Assembly: GCA_963699255.1 (NCBI GenBank) | Contig: OY969425.1 | Location: forward strand, 1,530,001-1,562,000 | From: an uncultured bacterium | Lineage (GTDB): Bacteria > Margulisbacteria > WOR-1 > CAVSGV01 | DNA length: 32,000 nt | Direction of reading: 5' to 3' | Part shown: piece after piece, positions 16,576 through 27,857 of the stretch | Position numbering within the stretch: the stretch's first letter is position 1 | Layout of the letters: each line of letters starts with the position of its first letter | Program-made: the position numbers and the translations under genes | Notes under the pieces: generated by a model | What the model was told of the DNA's origin: nothing | Databases searched by the model: none | The model's input: the letters and a program-made list of their open reading frames with translations, nothing else

Positions 16576-17376
16576 CTAACTCAGAAGGTGCTCCAAACCA
16601 TATACAAGACCTTTAAGATTGCTGACTTTTCGAATGCCCATTATCACGCCCGGCATGAACGATTCCCTGGAAAGCGAGTCGTGCCTTATGGTAAGCGTTT
16701 GCCCGAGACCTCCGAAAATGACCTCCTGGTGAGCCACAAGTCCGGGCAGCCGCACGCTGTGTATGTGTATCCCGTTCAGGTCACCGCCGCGCGCCCCGTC
16801 AAGCTTCTCGATCTCAGCCGCCTTGCCTTTTTCTATCCCTTTCGCCGCTTCGGACTGCAGGATCAGTTCGGCCGTCTTTATCGCTGTTCCGGAAGGGGAG
16901 TCGGCCTTGTTCTCGTTGTGCATCTCGATTATTTCCACGTTCGGCATGTATTTGGCGGCCGTTTTTGAGAACAGCATCATCAGGACGGCGCCTATCGCGA
17001 AATTCGGGGCCACAAGGCAATTGACCTTGTTGGCCGCGCAGAGCTTCTCTATCTCTTTCAAGTTCTCTTCAGTTATACCCGTTGTGCCTATGACGGCATG
17101 GACCCTGGACCCGAGTATCGTCCTTGTGTTGATCATCGCAAGATTGGGATGAGTGAAATCTACGGCGATGTCCGGTCTCGAATCTTTTATGGCGGATTTA
17201 AGGTCCTTTGATATTTCCACTCCTAGGGGTTTTATGCCCGCGTTGACGCCCGCGTCGATCCCAACCTGGACGATATCCACCGCCGCGACAAGCTTCATAT
17301 CGGCTTCTTTCGCAACGGCCTTTACGACCTCTCTGCCCACTTTTCCCGACGCGCCGCTTATTAATACCTTTATCAT
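16576..17376 (-). CDS. dapB: 4-hydroxy-tetrahydrodipicolinate reductase
   Basis: VLISGASGKVGREVVKAV, DFTHPN, GTTGI, APNFAIGAVLMMLF, IEMHNENKADSPSGTA. Confidence 0.95.
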   Translation of the reverse strand: MIKVLISGASGKVGREVVKAVAKEADMKLVAAVDIVQVGIDAGVNAGIKPLGVEISKDLKSAIKDSRPDIAVDFTHPNLAMINTRTILGSRVHAVIGTTGITEENLKEIEKLCAANKVNCLVAPNFAIGAVLMMLFSKTAAKYMPNVEIIEMHNENKADSPSGTAIKTAELILQSEAAKGIEKGKAAEIEKLDGARGGDLNGIHIHSVRLPGLVAHQEVIFGGLGQTLTIRHDSLSRESFMPGVIMGIRKVSNLKGLVYGLEHLLS

Positions 17377-17700
17377 AGTGGGGCAATTATAACAAATATC
17401 CGTTTCAATACAAATGCAATAAGAGGCGGATTCTTTATATAAAAAAGCAACACAAAATGCATTTTCTTCTTACTTTCTTTGTCTTGACACTTTTTATGTG
17501 GTTGCTATTTCTTGTCGACAGTTGAGGGGCAAGCCCCTCAACGCCCCGACTTTGTCGGGGCTACTCCCCAACGTTCACTTATCTTTTTGTAAATTATTCG
17601 CAGCGTTAGAAACGCATTTTGGTCTTGTTGTAAGCCTAAACTCATAAAACAAAAGTAAATGCATTTTTTGCTTTTGTATTTATGTTTTTATCTGATTTCG

Positions 17701-17861
17701 GATTTAATTCCCTTTCCTTGCGAGCAACTGTTTGAAGCCGCGAGCCTGAAGGGCGAGTCGGCTGAGTTTTGCGAGCTGAAAGGGGGATACATAAGGGGAT
17801 TCTCCCCTTATGCCAGCTTTCTTTGTCCTACTTTCTTTTCTGGCAAAAGAAAGTAGGAAAG
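17701..17861 (+). repeat. Dispersed two-hairpin repeat element, copy B
   Basis: Reverse complement of 4971-5140 at high identity; hairpins cataagggg-attct-ccccttatg (17790-17812) and cctactttctttt...aaaagaaagtagg (17827-17857). Confidence 0.9.
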
Positions 17862-17958
17862 AGCGGATTCTGTATTAAGTCTTTTAAGGCTATAGAAGTA
17901 AGAAAGACTCTTGAGTGTTGACCCCCTTCATTATAAGATATACATGGAGGTGACCATC

Positions 17959-18243
17959 ATGATGTCAGAAATACCGTTGAATTTATCGAAAGTAAGGAAA
18001 GAGGACCTGGATAAGGAAATATGCAGGGTAGGGATGATAGCGGAACTTGACGCCGTGAACCTTTACGAGCAGATGGCCGCGATGACCGAGAACGGCAGCA
18101 TCAGGAAGATGCTCCTTGATATCGCCAAGGAAGAAAAAACGCACCTGGGAGAATTCCAGACCCTGCTTCTGATGGAGGACAAACAGCAGGAAAAAGAGCT
18201 GGAAGCCGGCAAGAAAGAAGTCCTGGACGAGCTGAAAAAGTAG
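17959..18243 (+). CDS. Small ferritin-like / rubrerythrin-type protein
   Basis: ggaggtgaccatcATG; AELDAVNLYEQMAAMTENGSIRKMLLDIAKEEKTHLGEFQTLLL has Glu and ExxH spacing of ferritin-like diiron proteins. Confidence 0.75.
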   Translation: MMSEIPLNLSKVRKEDLDKEICRVGMIAELDAVNLYEQMAAMTENGSIRKMLLDIAKEEKTHLGEFQTLLLMEDKQQEKELEAGKKEVLDELKK

Positions 18244-18246
18244 AAG

Positions 18247-18699
18247 CTAAACTCCGGTGTGGCCGAACCCGCCGGTGCTCCTTGAGGTTTCGCTCAGGTC
18301 GGTGACGGCCTCGATATCGGCCTGCTCCACTTTATTGATGACCATCTGAGCTACGCGGTCCCCGCGCTTTATCTTGAAAGCCTCTTTGCCCAGATTGATA
18401 AGTATTACGCCTACTTCGCCGCGGTAATCCTCATCGATGGTTCCGGGCGTGTTCAGGACGGATATCCCGTTCTTTATCGCCAGCCCCGATCTCGGGCGTA
18501 CCTGCGCTTCATAGCCGACTGGAAGGGCCATCTTGAACCCGGTCGGGACAAGCGCTCTGTCGCCCGGGTTCAGCACGACCTCGTTCTCCACGGCCGCGTA
18601 AATGTCCATTCCGGAAGCCGCGTGGCTCATGTATTTTGGAAGCGGCACGCCTTCCCCGTGCGGAAGCCTTAAGAATTTGACCTGAAGTTTTTTGCTCAT
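18247..18699 (-). CDS. dut: Deoxyuridine 5'-triphosphate nucleotidohydrolase (dUTPase)
   Basis: HAASGMDIYA, VRPRSGLAIKNGISVLNTPGTIDEDYRGE, RGDRVAQMVI, RSTGGFGHTG. Confidence 0.96.
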   Translation of the reverse strand: MSKKLQVKFLRLPHGEGVPLPKYMSHAASGMDIYAAVENEVVLNPGDRALVPTGFKMALPVGYEAQVRPRSGLAIKNGISVLNTPGTIDEDYRGEVGVILINLGKEAFKIKRGDRVAQMVINKVEQADIEAVTDLSETSRSTGGFGHTGV

Positions 18700-19953
18700 A
18701 CTATCGGCAGCTCCTTTTCCGTAATGTCGCCTATCACCGTCAGCGTAAGGTATTCATCCCTGATGTACTTGTTCGCCGCGGCCATTATATCATCAAGGGT
18801 TATCCTGTCGACTTTATCGAATATCTCGTCTATCGTGATGATCCTGCCGTAATAGAACTGACACCTCGCAAGGTATGACATCCGGCTGGATGTTGCTTCC
18901 AGTCCCAGGACAAGGGATCCTTTGAGATGCTCCTTGGACCTCTCCATTTCCTCTTTTGTTATCCCGTTCTTCTTTATCTTTTTGAAATTCTTCCATCGTC
19001 AGGTCCACCACTTTGTTCAGGTTCTCCTTGCTCGTCCCGGCATATACCACGTAAAGCCCGCAGTCTTTCAGCGCGCCGTTATATGAATATATAGCGTAAG
19101 CAAGCCCTCTCTTTTCCCTTATTTCCTGGAAGAGGCGCGAGCTCATGCTTCCGCCGATGACGGTATCAAGCACCGAGAAAGCGTACCTGTCCTCATCAAG
19201 CTGCGAAGGCCCGGTGGTGCCCAGGCACATGTGCACCTGTTCGGTCTTTTTGTGCTTCAGTTTGACGGCTTTGTTTATCGTCGGACGGGTCTTTTCCATT
19301 GACGGGAGCTTGCCGCGCATCGCGGAAAAAGCGGGCCCGACAAGTTCCACGGCTTTTTCGTGTTCTATGTTCCCCGCCAGGGCCACGATGATGTTGTCGG
19401 GCGAATAGAATTCTTTAATGTAGTCGATCATGTTCTCTCTTCCGATCGACCTCACGCTTTTTTCATTCCCTATCGTGGACCGTCCCAGCGGATGCCCTTT
19501 ATAAATGGTCTCGGTGAAGAAGTCGTGGATAAGCTCGTCGGGTGTATCCTCGTACATTTTTATCTCTTCCACGATAACGCCTTTTTCAAGCTCGATCTCC
19601 TTGCTGTCGTAAACGGAATTAAGGAAAATGTCGGACAGCACATCCGTCGCTACGGGGATATGCTTGTCCAGAGTGACCGCGTAGTAAGTGGTCAGCTCCT
19701 TGCTGGTGTAGGCGTTCATCTTGCCTCCCACGGCATCAAGCTCCGAGGCGATGTCAAAGGCCGATCTTTTTTTTGTCCCCTTGAAAGCCATGTGCTCTAT
19801 GAAATGCGAGATACCGGCTATTGTGTCTGTTTCAAGCCCGGACCCGGCTCCCACCACTATGCCCATCGCGACCGAGCGGACGTCGCTCATTGTCTCCGTT
19901 AAAAGTTTTACTCCGTTTTCGAGGACTGTGATCTTATGTTCCGGTATAGCCAT
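18696..19953 (-). pseudogene. M16 family zinc peptidase, split by a single frameshift at an A5 run (18979-18983)
   Basis: HFIEHMAFKGTKKRSAFDIASELDAVGG (HxxEH) in the 18814-19953 ORF; after EEFQK the other frame continues KIKKNGITKEEMERSKEHLKGSLVLGLEATSSRMSYLARCQ... Confidence 0.85.
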
Positions 19954-20551
19954 ATAGTTTATGCTCCTTTATATATTCGATGACTTTTTTATCCAGCAGT
20001 CTTGCCGGAATGGCCCCTCTTTTTATCGATTCCCTTATCTTTGTGGATGATACGTTCATCTTTACCTCTATCAGGTGTATCGTGTCAGCATGAAGCTTCA
20101 CCGGCGGGAATTTCAGGATCCTGCGCATCGTCCTTATCTTCGCTCCCGGCCTGGTGGCCACTATGAACTGGCATATCTTGAACAGCTCCATGGGCTTTTT
20201 CCAGGTAAGGATCTCGTTGATGGAATCCATTCCCATTATGTAATAAAGCCGGGCGCTGCCCCTGTATTCCTTTTTAAGCGCGTTAAAAGTGTCCACCGCG
20301 TAAGAATAGCCGGGCCTGTCAAGCTCCACTCTTGATATGATGAAGTTCTTATGTCCCGCTATCGCCAGCTTCACCATCCTGAACCTGTGTTCCTTTGGAG
20401 CTATGTATTCGCTTGTCTTATGCGGCGGTGTTCCCGAAGGCACGAAGATCACCTTGCCCAGGCGGTATTGTTTTTTTGCGGCTTTCGCTATGGCGATGTG
20501 CCCCTTGTGCACGGGGTTAAAGGTCCCGCCCATTATTCCGATCTTCTGCAA
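19934..20551 (-). CDS. nadD: Nicotinate-nucleotide adenylyltransferase
   Basis: IGIMGGTFNPVHKGHIAIAK, VPSGTPPHK, YYIMGMDSI, ISSTKIRESI-like VSSTKIRESIKRG. Confidence 0.94.
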   Translation of the reverse strand: MQKIGIMGGTFNPVHKGHIAIAKAAKKQYRLGKVIFVPSGTPPHKTSEYIAPKEHRFRMVKLAIAGHKNFIISRVELDRPGYSYAVDTFNALKKEYRGSARLYYIMGMDSINEILTWKKPMELFKICQFIVATRPGAKIRTMRRILKFPPVKLHADTIHLIEVKMNVSSTKIRESIKRGAIPARLLDKKVIEYIKEHKLYGYTGT

Positions 20552-20552
20552 T

Positions 20553-21800
20553 CTATTTCCTTATCTGACCGTTGCCGATCACGATGTATTTGTAAGAGGT
20601 AAGCTCGGCCAGGCCCATGGGCCCTCTCGCGTGGAGCTTCTGGGTGGATATCCCTATTTCGGCGCCGAACCCGAATTCCCATCCGTCGGTGAAGCGGGTG
20701 GACGCGTTCACGTAGACCGCCGCGGCGTCCACTTCGTCCGTGAACCTTTTCGCGGCCGCCTTGTCGCGGGTAATTATGGCTTCGGAATGCCTTGTCCCGT
20801 AAGTATTGATGTGTTCTATCGCTTCGCCGGTCCCGGAGACCACTTTAACCGCCAGTATCAGCGCCAGATATTCAGTTCTCCAGTCCGCTTCGGTCGCCGG
20901 TTTTATCGACTGATCGATGGCCCTGGCTTTTTCGTCGCCGCGAAGCTCAACATGGGCTTCTTTCAGGCGCTTGAAAACGAGCGGAAGGAATTCTTTCGCT
21001 ATCGCTTCGTCCACGAGCAGCGTTTCTATCGCGTTGCAGACCGAAGGCCTGCTCACTTTCGCGTTGTAAACTATCTCCACGGCTTTCTTCAGGTCGGCGG
21101 TCTTTTCGACGTAGGCGTGGCAGTTGCCTTCGCCGGTCTGGATGACGGGTATCGTGGAGTTCTCGATGGTGTGTTTTATCAGTCCCGCTCCGCCCCGTGG
21201 TATTATCACATCAATGAAATGATTCAACTTAAGCAGCTCGGTCACGGATTCCCTGTCCGTGCTTTCGATAAGGCTTATGGCTCCTTCAGGAACACCCGCT
21301 TTACCAGCCGCTTCCGATATCAGTTTCACGAGTATCTTGTTCGAGTTTATCGCGTCGGAACCGCCCCGTAAAATCACGGCGTTGCCGGCTTTAAGACACA
21401 GAGCGGCGGAATCAACGGTCACGTTTGGACGCGCTTCATATATAATGCCTATAACACCCAGCGGCACTCTTTTCTTTGCGATATTCAGGCCGTTAGGCCT
21501 GGTCCATTTCGCTATTATCCTTCCTATCGGGTCCGGAAGTTTCCTGACGATCTCCAGGCCTTCGATGATCTCTTCGATCCTTTCTCCGTCAAGGGAGAGC
21601 CTGTCGATGAGCGCCTTGCCGACGTTCTTCTTGTATGCCGACTCCATGTCAAGGCTGTTCGCGTCGATGATATCCTTTGCGCCCGAGCTTATGGCTTTTG
21701 ACATTTCGTCCAGCGCCTTGTTCTTTATGTCAGCGCTTAAATTGGCCAGCCTGTAAGAAGCCTCTTTCGCCAGCCGCGCTTTTTCTATTACCTCACTCAT
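20553..21800 (-). CDS. proA: Glutamate-5-semialdehyde dehydrogenase (gamma-glutamyl phosphate reductase)
   Basis: VPLGVIGIIYEARPNVTVDSAALCLKAGNAVILRGGSDA, CNAIETLLVD, GFGAEIGISTQKLHARGPMGL. Confidence 0.96.
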   Translation of the reverse strand: MSEVIEKARLAKEASYRLANLSADIKNKALDEMSKAISSGAKDIIDANSLDMESAYKKNVGKALIDRLSLDGERIEEIIEGLEIVRKLPDPIGRIIAKWTRPNGLNIAKKRVPLGVIGIIYEARPNVTVDSAALCLKAGNAVILRGGSDAINSNKILVKLISEAAGKAGVPEGAISLIESTDRESVTELLKLNHFIDVIIPRGGAGLIKHTIENSTIPVIQTGEGNCHAYVEKTADLKKAVEIVYNAKVSRPSVCNAIETLLVDEAIAKEFLPLVFKRLKEAHVELRGDEKARAIDQSIKPATEADWRTEYLALILAVKVVSGTGEAIEHINTYGTRHSEAIITRDKAAAKRFTDEVDAAAVYVNASTRFTDGWEFGFGAEIGISTQKLHARGPMGLAELTSYKYIVIGNGQIRK

Positions 21801-22933
21801 TGTTCAGTTCCCTGTTCGCCTATGGCGGACTTTTCCATCAGGACAAGATTGTCCCTGTGGATGACCTCGTCCACGTATTCTATTCCGAGCACTTCCGATA
21901 TCTTGTCGGACCTGAGCCCGGTTATCTTTTTAAGGTTGTCGCTGTTGTAATTCACAAGCCCGCGCGCTATCTCCAGCCCGGCCTCGTTCTTTACGGATAC
22001 CGCTTCACCCAGGTCGAATTTCCCCGATATTTCCCTTATGCCGACGGGCAGTAGGCTCTTGTTGCCTTTTATGAGCGCCGTTTCCGCTCCGCCGTCGATC
22101 ACCAGCGTCCCTTTTACTTTAAGGCCGTGCGCCAGCCAGCGCTTACGCGATTCCAGGTGCGAGATCTTCGACCTGAAGATGGTCCCGACCTTGCCGCCCG
22201 CGATGATCTTATCAACTACGCCGGGAGTCCTGCCGTTGGCTATCGCCGCCTCTACACCGGCATCGGAGCATATCTCCGCCGCCTGGATCTTTGTTATCAT
22301 CCCTCCCACGCCCATCTGCGTTGATGGGTGTCCGGCCGCGTCCCTAACTTCCTGTGTTATTTCTTTTATCTCATTGACGACCTGGAGCTCCCCGTCCTCG
22401 TCGGGCATCATGAAACCGTCAACATCTGTCAGCATCACCAGAAGGTCGGCGCCTATCAGGCTCGCGACAAGGGCTGACAGGGTGTCGTTGTCTCCGATCT
22501 TTATCTCTTCAACGGACACCGTATCGTTCTCGTTCACTATCGGGACAACGCCCATTTCAAGAAGCTTCGAGATGGTATTCCTTGTGTTCAGATAGCGCTG
22601 CCTGTCGGAAACCTCGTCCCTTGTAAGAAGGATCTGGGCCACCGTAAGGCCGTGTTCGCCGAACGCCCTGGAGTATTCCATCATCAGAAGGCTCTGCCCC
22701 ACGGCCGCCGCCGCCTGGCTTTCTGGTATTGACCTTGGTTTTTTCTTGAACTTCAGGCGGTCCGATCCGGTCACTATCGCTCCGGAAGTGACGACGGTTA
22801 TCTTTTTTTTCGATCTGACAAGTTCGGCGAGCTCGCCGGCGATACGTTTCAAATTGGCCGTGTCAAGGTTGCCGTCCTTGTTCGTCAGGGTGGAGCTGCC
22901 TATCTTTACGACTATGTTCTTGAATTTGCTCAT
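21797..22933 (-). CDS. proB: Glutamate 5-kinase with PUA domain
   Basis: IVVKIGSSTLTNKDG, SGAIVTGSDRL, AAAAVGQSLLMMEY, PIVNENDTVSVEEIKIGDNDTLSALVA, VGGMITKIQAAEI. Confidence 0.95.
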   Translation of the reverse strand: MSKFKNIVVKIGSSTLTNKDGNLDTANLKRIAGELAELVRSKKKITVVTSGAIVTGSDRLKFKKKPRSIPESQAAAAVGQSLLMMEYSRAFGEHGLTVAQILLTRDEVSDRQRYLNTRNTISKLLEMGVVPIVNENDTVSVEEIKIGDNDTLSALVASLIGADLLVMLTDVDGFMMPDEDGELQVVNEIKEITQEVRDAAGHPSTQMGVGGMITKIQAAEICSDAGVEAAIANGRTPGVVDKIIAGGKVGTIFRSKISHLESRKRWLAHGLKVKGTLVIDGGAETALIKGNKSLLPVGIREISGKFDLGEAVSVKNEAGLEIARGLVNYNSDNLKKITGLRSDKISEVLGIEYVDEVIHRDNLVLMEKSAIGEQGTEQ

Positions 22934-23079
22934 GGTGGAGTGATTATAGTTTAAAGCGGGAAACTAGTCTAGTGGCGGCGATGCTCGTCTGGATGCTCGA
23001 TTATCGAGGTTTAATGAAGAATTTTTTCAAATTTCGATTTCGAACTTCGTGACGAGCTTCGATGCCGACAGCCGAAAAC

Positions 23080-24069
<990 letters not shown>

Positions 24070-24306
24070 TTAGGGGATCACGCTGACTCTGGAGCCTTGA
24101 AAAAGGATCTTTCCGGCAGCTTTCGCGAAGAGGGTATCGTCGCGCCCCAGCCCGACGTTCTTGCCGGGCATGAATTTTGTCCCGCGCTGCCTCAGTATCA
24201 CGCTGCCCGCGGTCACCAGCTGTCCGCCGAAAGTTTTTATCCCGAGCCTCTGCGCGTTCGAGTCGCGCCCGTTGCCTGTTGATCCGCCGCCTTTTTTATG
24301 CGCCAT
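24070..24306 (-). CDS. rpmA: 50S ribosomal protein L27
   Basis: [61 protein letters not shown]. Confidence 0.98.
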   Translation of the reverse strand: MAHKKGGGSTGNGRDSNAQRLGIKTFGGQLVTAGSVILRQRGTKFMPGKNVGLGRDDTLFAKAAGKILFQGSRVSVIP

Positions 24307-24309
24307 CTG

Positions 24310-24627
24310 TTATTCTCCCTTTATTGATTCTATCTTGACCCTGGTGTATGTCTGCCTGTGGCCAAGCGTCCTGTGATAGTTCGTTTTTCTTTTAAATTTG
24401 AAAGCGGTTACTTTTTTGTCCTTGGCGATAGAGAGGACCTTGCCTTCTACCGTGGCATCCTTTACGTATGGGGATCCGACTTCAAGCGAGCCTTTCTTAT
24501 TGAGGAGGAGCACCTTTTCAAATGAGACGGCGTCGCCCGCTTTCTTATCCGAAAGAAGCTCGACGTCCAGCTCGGAACCCTTTTCAACCTTGTATTGTTT
24601 CCCGCCTGTTTCTATTATTGCGTACAT
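24310..24627 (-). CDS. rplU: 50S ribosomal protein L21
   Basis: MYAIIETGGKQYKVEKGSELDVELL...KYRRNYHRTLGHRQ-like KFKRKTNYHRTLGHRQTYTRVKIESI; true start taken at 24627. Confidence 0.96.
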   Translation of the reverse strand: MYAIIETGGKQYKVEKGSELDVELLSDKKAGDAVSFEKVLLLNKKGSLEVGSPYVKDATVEGKVLSIAKDKKVTAFKFKRKTNYHRTLGHRQTYTRVKIESIKGE

Positions 24628-24770
24628 AGAACGTGCATTATACATAAATGAGGCCGTTATGTCAACGGCGGTAAACCTCACCCCCGACCCCTCTCCTTAC
24701 TAAGGAGAGGGGAGCAATTACGTATGTTGCAGTAGATCATGAAACCGACAGACTCCGGGGTGAGGTGATA

Positions 24771-25265
24771 TTACCTGAAGTTTATGAACTGAAGCTCTAT
24801 GTCCAGGTTCGCGGCCCTTAGCGCCTGTATGACGGACTGGAGGTCGTCCTTGCTTTTGCTTGAGACCCTTATCTGGTCGCCCTGGATCTGCGACTGGACC
24901 TTCAGCTTTTTCTCCTTGATCATGGTGTTTATCTGCTTGGCTTTTTCCTGCGGGATGCCCTGCTTCAGGTTTATCTCCTGCTTCACGCTGCCCCCCAGTG
25001 AAGACTCGACTTTCCCGTAGTCCAGGAATTTCAGCGAAATTCCGCGCTTGATGAGCTTATTCTGGAGGATATCGATCACGTTCTTAAGCTTGAATTCGTC
25101 ATCGGAGACGACGGCGATCTTCTTGTTCTCCTCGTTCTTTATGGAGCTGACGCTGCCCTTAAAATCGAACCTCTGGGATATCTCCTTCATGGACATGTTT
25201 ATCGCGTTGTCCAGCTCCTGGAGATCGATCTTTGAAACTATATCAAATGAGAATTCCTGCGCCAT
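24771..25265 (-). CDS. yajQ: YajQ family protein
   Basis: [81 protein letters not shown]. Confidence 0.95.
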   Translation of the reverse strand: MAQEFSFDIVSKIDLQELDNAINMSMKEISQRFDFKGSVSSIKNEENKKIAVVSDDEFKLKNVIDILQNKLIKRGISLKFLDYGKVESSLGGSVKQEINLKQGIPQEKAKQINTMIKEKKLKVQSQIQGDQIRVSSKSKDDLQSVIQALRAANLDIELQFINFR

Positions 25266-25274
25266 ATAGAGCTC

Positions 25275-25811
25275 CTATCTTTTATAAAGCCCGGTCAGGA
25301 TCGCCTTGGATATTATATGTCCTTCCATGGCTTTTTCAATTTGATCTTTGTTCGCCCCTTCTTTTAATGCCAGCAGCGTGTCCAGGGCATAGAGCTTGAA
25401 TTCATAGCGGTGAGGCTTGCCTGGCGGAGGGGACGGGCTGACGTATTTTGTATTTCCCTCGCTGTTGCTTCCCATTACGGCTCCGCGGGGCGCTTCTCCT
25501 TCTCTTATCTCTCTTGTTTTCGGCCCGATATTGAAGATCAGCCAGTGGTCGAATGTCCCGTATGGAGCATCAGGATCATCCATTATCAGGACAAGGCTTT
25601 TCGATCCTGCCGGAACATTTTCAAACACCAGAGGAGGATTTATTCCTTTACCGTCCCCGGAATATTTTATCGGCAGGGATCCCATGTTCTTGAAAGCTGG
25701 GCTTTTTATCGAGATATTATAAGCGGTCATTTTCCTGCCCCCCCTTTTCGCGTACGCGGCTATTCCTGCGGCAAAAACGGCTATAAGGAGCAACGCCAGG
25801 ATCTTTTTCAT
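25275..25811 (-). CDS. YbhB/YbcL family Raf kinase inhibitor-like (PEBP) protein with signal peptide
   Basis: GINPPLVFENVPAGSKSLVLIMDDPDAPYGTFDHWLIFNI, PPPGKPHRYEFKLYALD; start at 25811 (MKKILALLLIAVFAAGIAA). Confidence 0.93.
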   Translation of the reverse strand: MKKILALLLIAVFAAGIAAYAKRGGRKMTAYNISIKSPAFKNMGSLPIKYSGDGKGINPPLVFENVPAGSKSLVLIMDDPDAPYGTFDHWLIFNIGPKTREIREGEAPRGAVMGSNSEGNTKYVSPSPPPGKPHRYEFKLYALDTLLALKEGANKDQIEKAMEGHIISKAILTGLYKR

Positions 25812-25942
25812 AGCATGGAAAATTATAGCTTTGGGATGTTTTATAGTCAAACGGGAGAAATCGATTTCCAATCGTATTATTTTGTGCTAAAATGCCAAAA
25901 TTTTATTATCTTGCTGTGTCTTATCTGACTGGAGGTGTGTAA

Positions 25943-26458
25943 ATGTTGTTTGGGTCCAGGTTTAATGGAAATTCGCCGATGAGATTTTTCAAGATATTCA
26001 TGCTTCCTTTCAAATTCCATCCAACCAGATCTGTTGTTATGGAAGGAGAAGGGAGCCTGTCCAAGACATTCTCTTTTAATGATGAAACTAAAAGATTGAT
26101 CATGGGAGTCAGGGCGCATACAATGCCGGATAACTCGGAAAGGCTTAGAAAAGGATTGATCAATTTCGAAAAAAAGGAAATGATCTTGGGTGAGGAGGAT
26201 AAGCATGAAAAGATCGCCAAGAGATATAACCTCCAAATCAGGACAGTTGATGAAAAAAACAATCCCCAAACATTTCTCCAAAAAGGCTGGTACGGGTTCT
26301 CCATAGATTGCAGTAATATTGAAGCAAGCATTGTGTTTTTTAACCGGAAAAGCGGTTATTACGGCAGTATCCCAGGAAAATACGCGCCTGCTTTTGAGGC
26401 CCTAATGATAGAATTGTTTCATGATTATATTGAGGAATATGCATTTACAAATGTATAA
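25943..26458 (+). CDS. Member 1 of a four-gene paralogous family, unknown function
   Basis: ggaggtgtgtaaATG; shares GLINF..EMILG, LQKGWYGFSIDCSNIEA, GSIPGKYAPAFEALMIELF with the ORFs at 27179, 27858 and 28488. Confidence 0.8.
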   Translation: MLFGSRFNGNSPMRFFKIFMLPFKFHPTRSVVMEGEGSLSKTFSFNDETKRLIMGVRAHTMPDNSERLRKGLINFEKKEMILGEEDKHEKIAKRYNLQIRTVDEKNNPQTFLQKGWYGFSIDCSNIEASIVFFNRKSGYYGSIPGKYAPAFEALMIELFHDYIEEYAFTNV

Positions 26459-26531
26459 GGATTATTATCACAAGGCCTCCTTAAGCGATATAACAAGATA
26501 AATGCTTTCCTATAATATATAATCAGCTTGT

Positions 26532-27095
26532 ATGCCTGAAAATGCCATTAAACAGCGGCTTGAGGACATTAACGCGATATCGATCGCCATAGACACTTAT
26601 GACGATATATTCTCGGACTTCGATCCGCGCGACCTGACGCAGAGGGACCTTTCGGAGGACTTCATCATAGAGATCACAAGGCGCCACAGGCAGGACATAA
26701 AGGGTAAATATGACGTTGTGCTTGTGGCCCCGAAGTCGATAGAGGACCCCGTCGCGGAAAAGAAGATAATCTCCAGGCTTAACAGGTACTTCAACCAGAA
26801 ACACGCGAGATATGTGAAGGCGATACACGAGATACGGATAAGGGGGCTTATCTACATCGCCTCCGGCATGGCGCTGCTTATCGCGCTTACCCTCCTTACA
26901 TATTATAGGAAGCTGGATACCCTTACCCGCGAGATAGCCGGGATCATGTTCATGCCGCTGGGATGGTTCGGCATCTGGGAGGGCTTTTCAAAGATCGTGG
27001 ACATACCGTTCAAGCTTGAGAGCGACACGCAGGTGTACAGGAAGCTTGCCCGTGCCGCGTACAAATTTGACCACATCGGAGAAGCGAAAAAGTAA
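26532..27095 (+). CDS. Hypothetical protein with two central hydrophobic segments
   Basis: Intact ORF; IRGLIYIASGMALLIALTLLTYY and EIAGIMFMPLGWFGIWEGF are likely membrane helices. Confidence 0.7.
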   Translation: MPENAIKQRLEDINAISIAIDTYDDIFSDFDPRDLTQRDLSEDFIIEITRRHRQDIKGKYDVVLVAPKSIEDPVAEKKIISRLNRYFNQKHARYVKAIHEIRIRGLIYIASGMALLIALTLLTYYRKLDTLTREIAGIMFMPLGWFGIWEGFSKIVDIPFKLESDTQVYRKLARAAYKFDHIGEAKK

Positions 27096-27178
27096 CCTTC
27101 GGAAGCACCCCGTTGATATTGAACATCTGCTGAAATTTTGGCCTCAAATATCCGATAATCCTTCAGGAGGCATCCTTA

Positions 27179-27783
27179 ATGAGAGCAAGTAAAATTGATG
27201 TAAATAAGCTTGCCATGCGCGTTATGCCGCAAAAAATGCCGGCTCGGCGCTGTAAGATCGCTGACATAAAGATCAATTTTGACGCGCTTACAGGATCTGT
27301 ACTTGAAAAGATCGGGTCCGGAACGATGCGCGATTTTTTTCCGGTTTGATAAATTTCAGGTCAGGCCAGATAACTCTAATGAGCTCAGATAGTCACAGGG
27401 AGCTGTTCCAGTTGAAAAAGCTGGTGATGAGCAAAAAAAACCCAATAAGCGGCTGGTATGGTTTCCGTGTCAGTTATTATGATTTTTACCGGAAGATCAT
27501 AACAATTTCCCCGGGCAACGCGCAATTTCCCAGGATACCGATAAAATTCTCTTCGGTTTTTGAGCGCCGCATGAATGAACTGTTTGGAGAAAAAGCGGCC
27601 ATGATACTATTCCAGCAGATGAGTTATGACAGGGGTCTATCCAAGGGAGAACAAGAACGCTGGCAGACCGTTCTACAAGCGAACAACATGTTGCTGGTGA
27701 CAGAGAGCATATCAAATGACGATCTAAGAAAGATCGTCCATAAAATATCAAAACATCCTAATCCCTCAATTTTGTTGAAATAA
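27179..27783 (+). pseudogene. Member 2 of the paralogous family, interrupted by a frameshift in a T7 run (27334-27340)
   Basis: aggagg(27165-27170) then ATG 27179: MRASKIDVNKLAMRVMPQKMPARRCKIADIKINFDALTGSVLEKIGSGTMRDFF; adding one T restores ...FFSGLINFRSGQITLMSSD, the listed 27346 ORF. Confidence 0.75.
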
Positions 27784-27857
27784 ACTGAAATTTCGCTCTC
27801 ATAATGACGATAATAGGCATGTAGCGGTTGGAACATTGGCTTTAGGAGGTAATATTT

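Noticed and set aside
17918-17944. TTGACC...TATACA as a promoter for the ferritin-like gene
   Set aside because: 15-bp spacer is poor and the predicted start would fall at or after the Shine-Dalgarno.
20337-21371. 344-aa plus-strand ORF
   Set aside because: Antisense to proA; shadow ORF from codon bias.
22975-23060. gctcgtc...gacgagc inverted repeat between proB and obgE
   Set aside because: Only a ~7-bp arm with a long loop; too weak to call.
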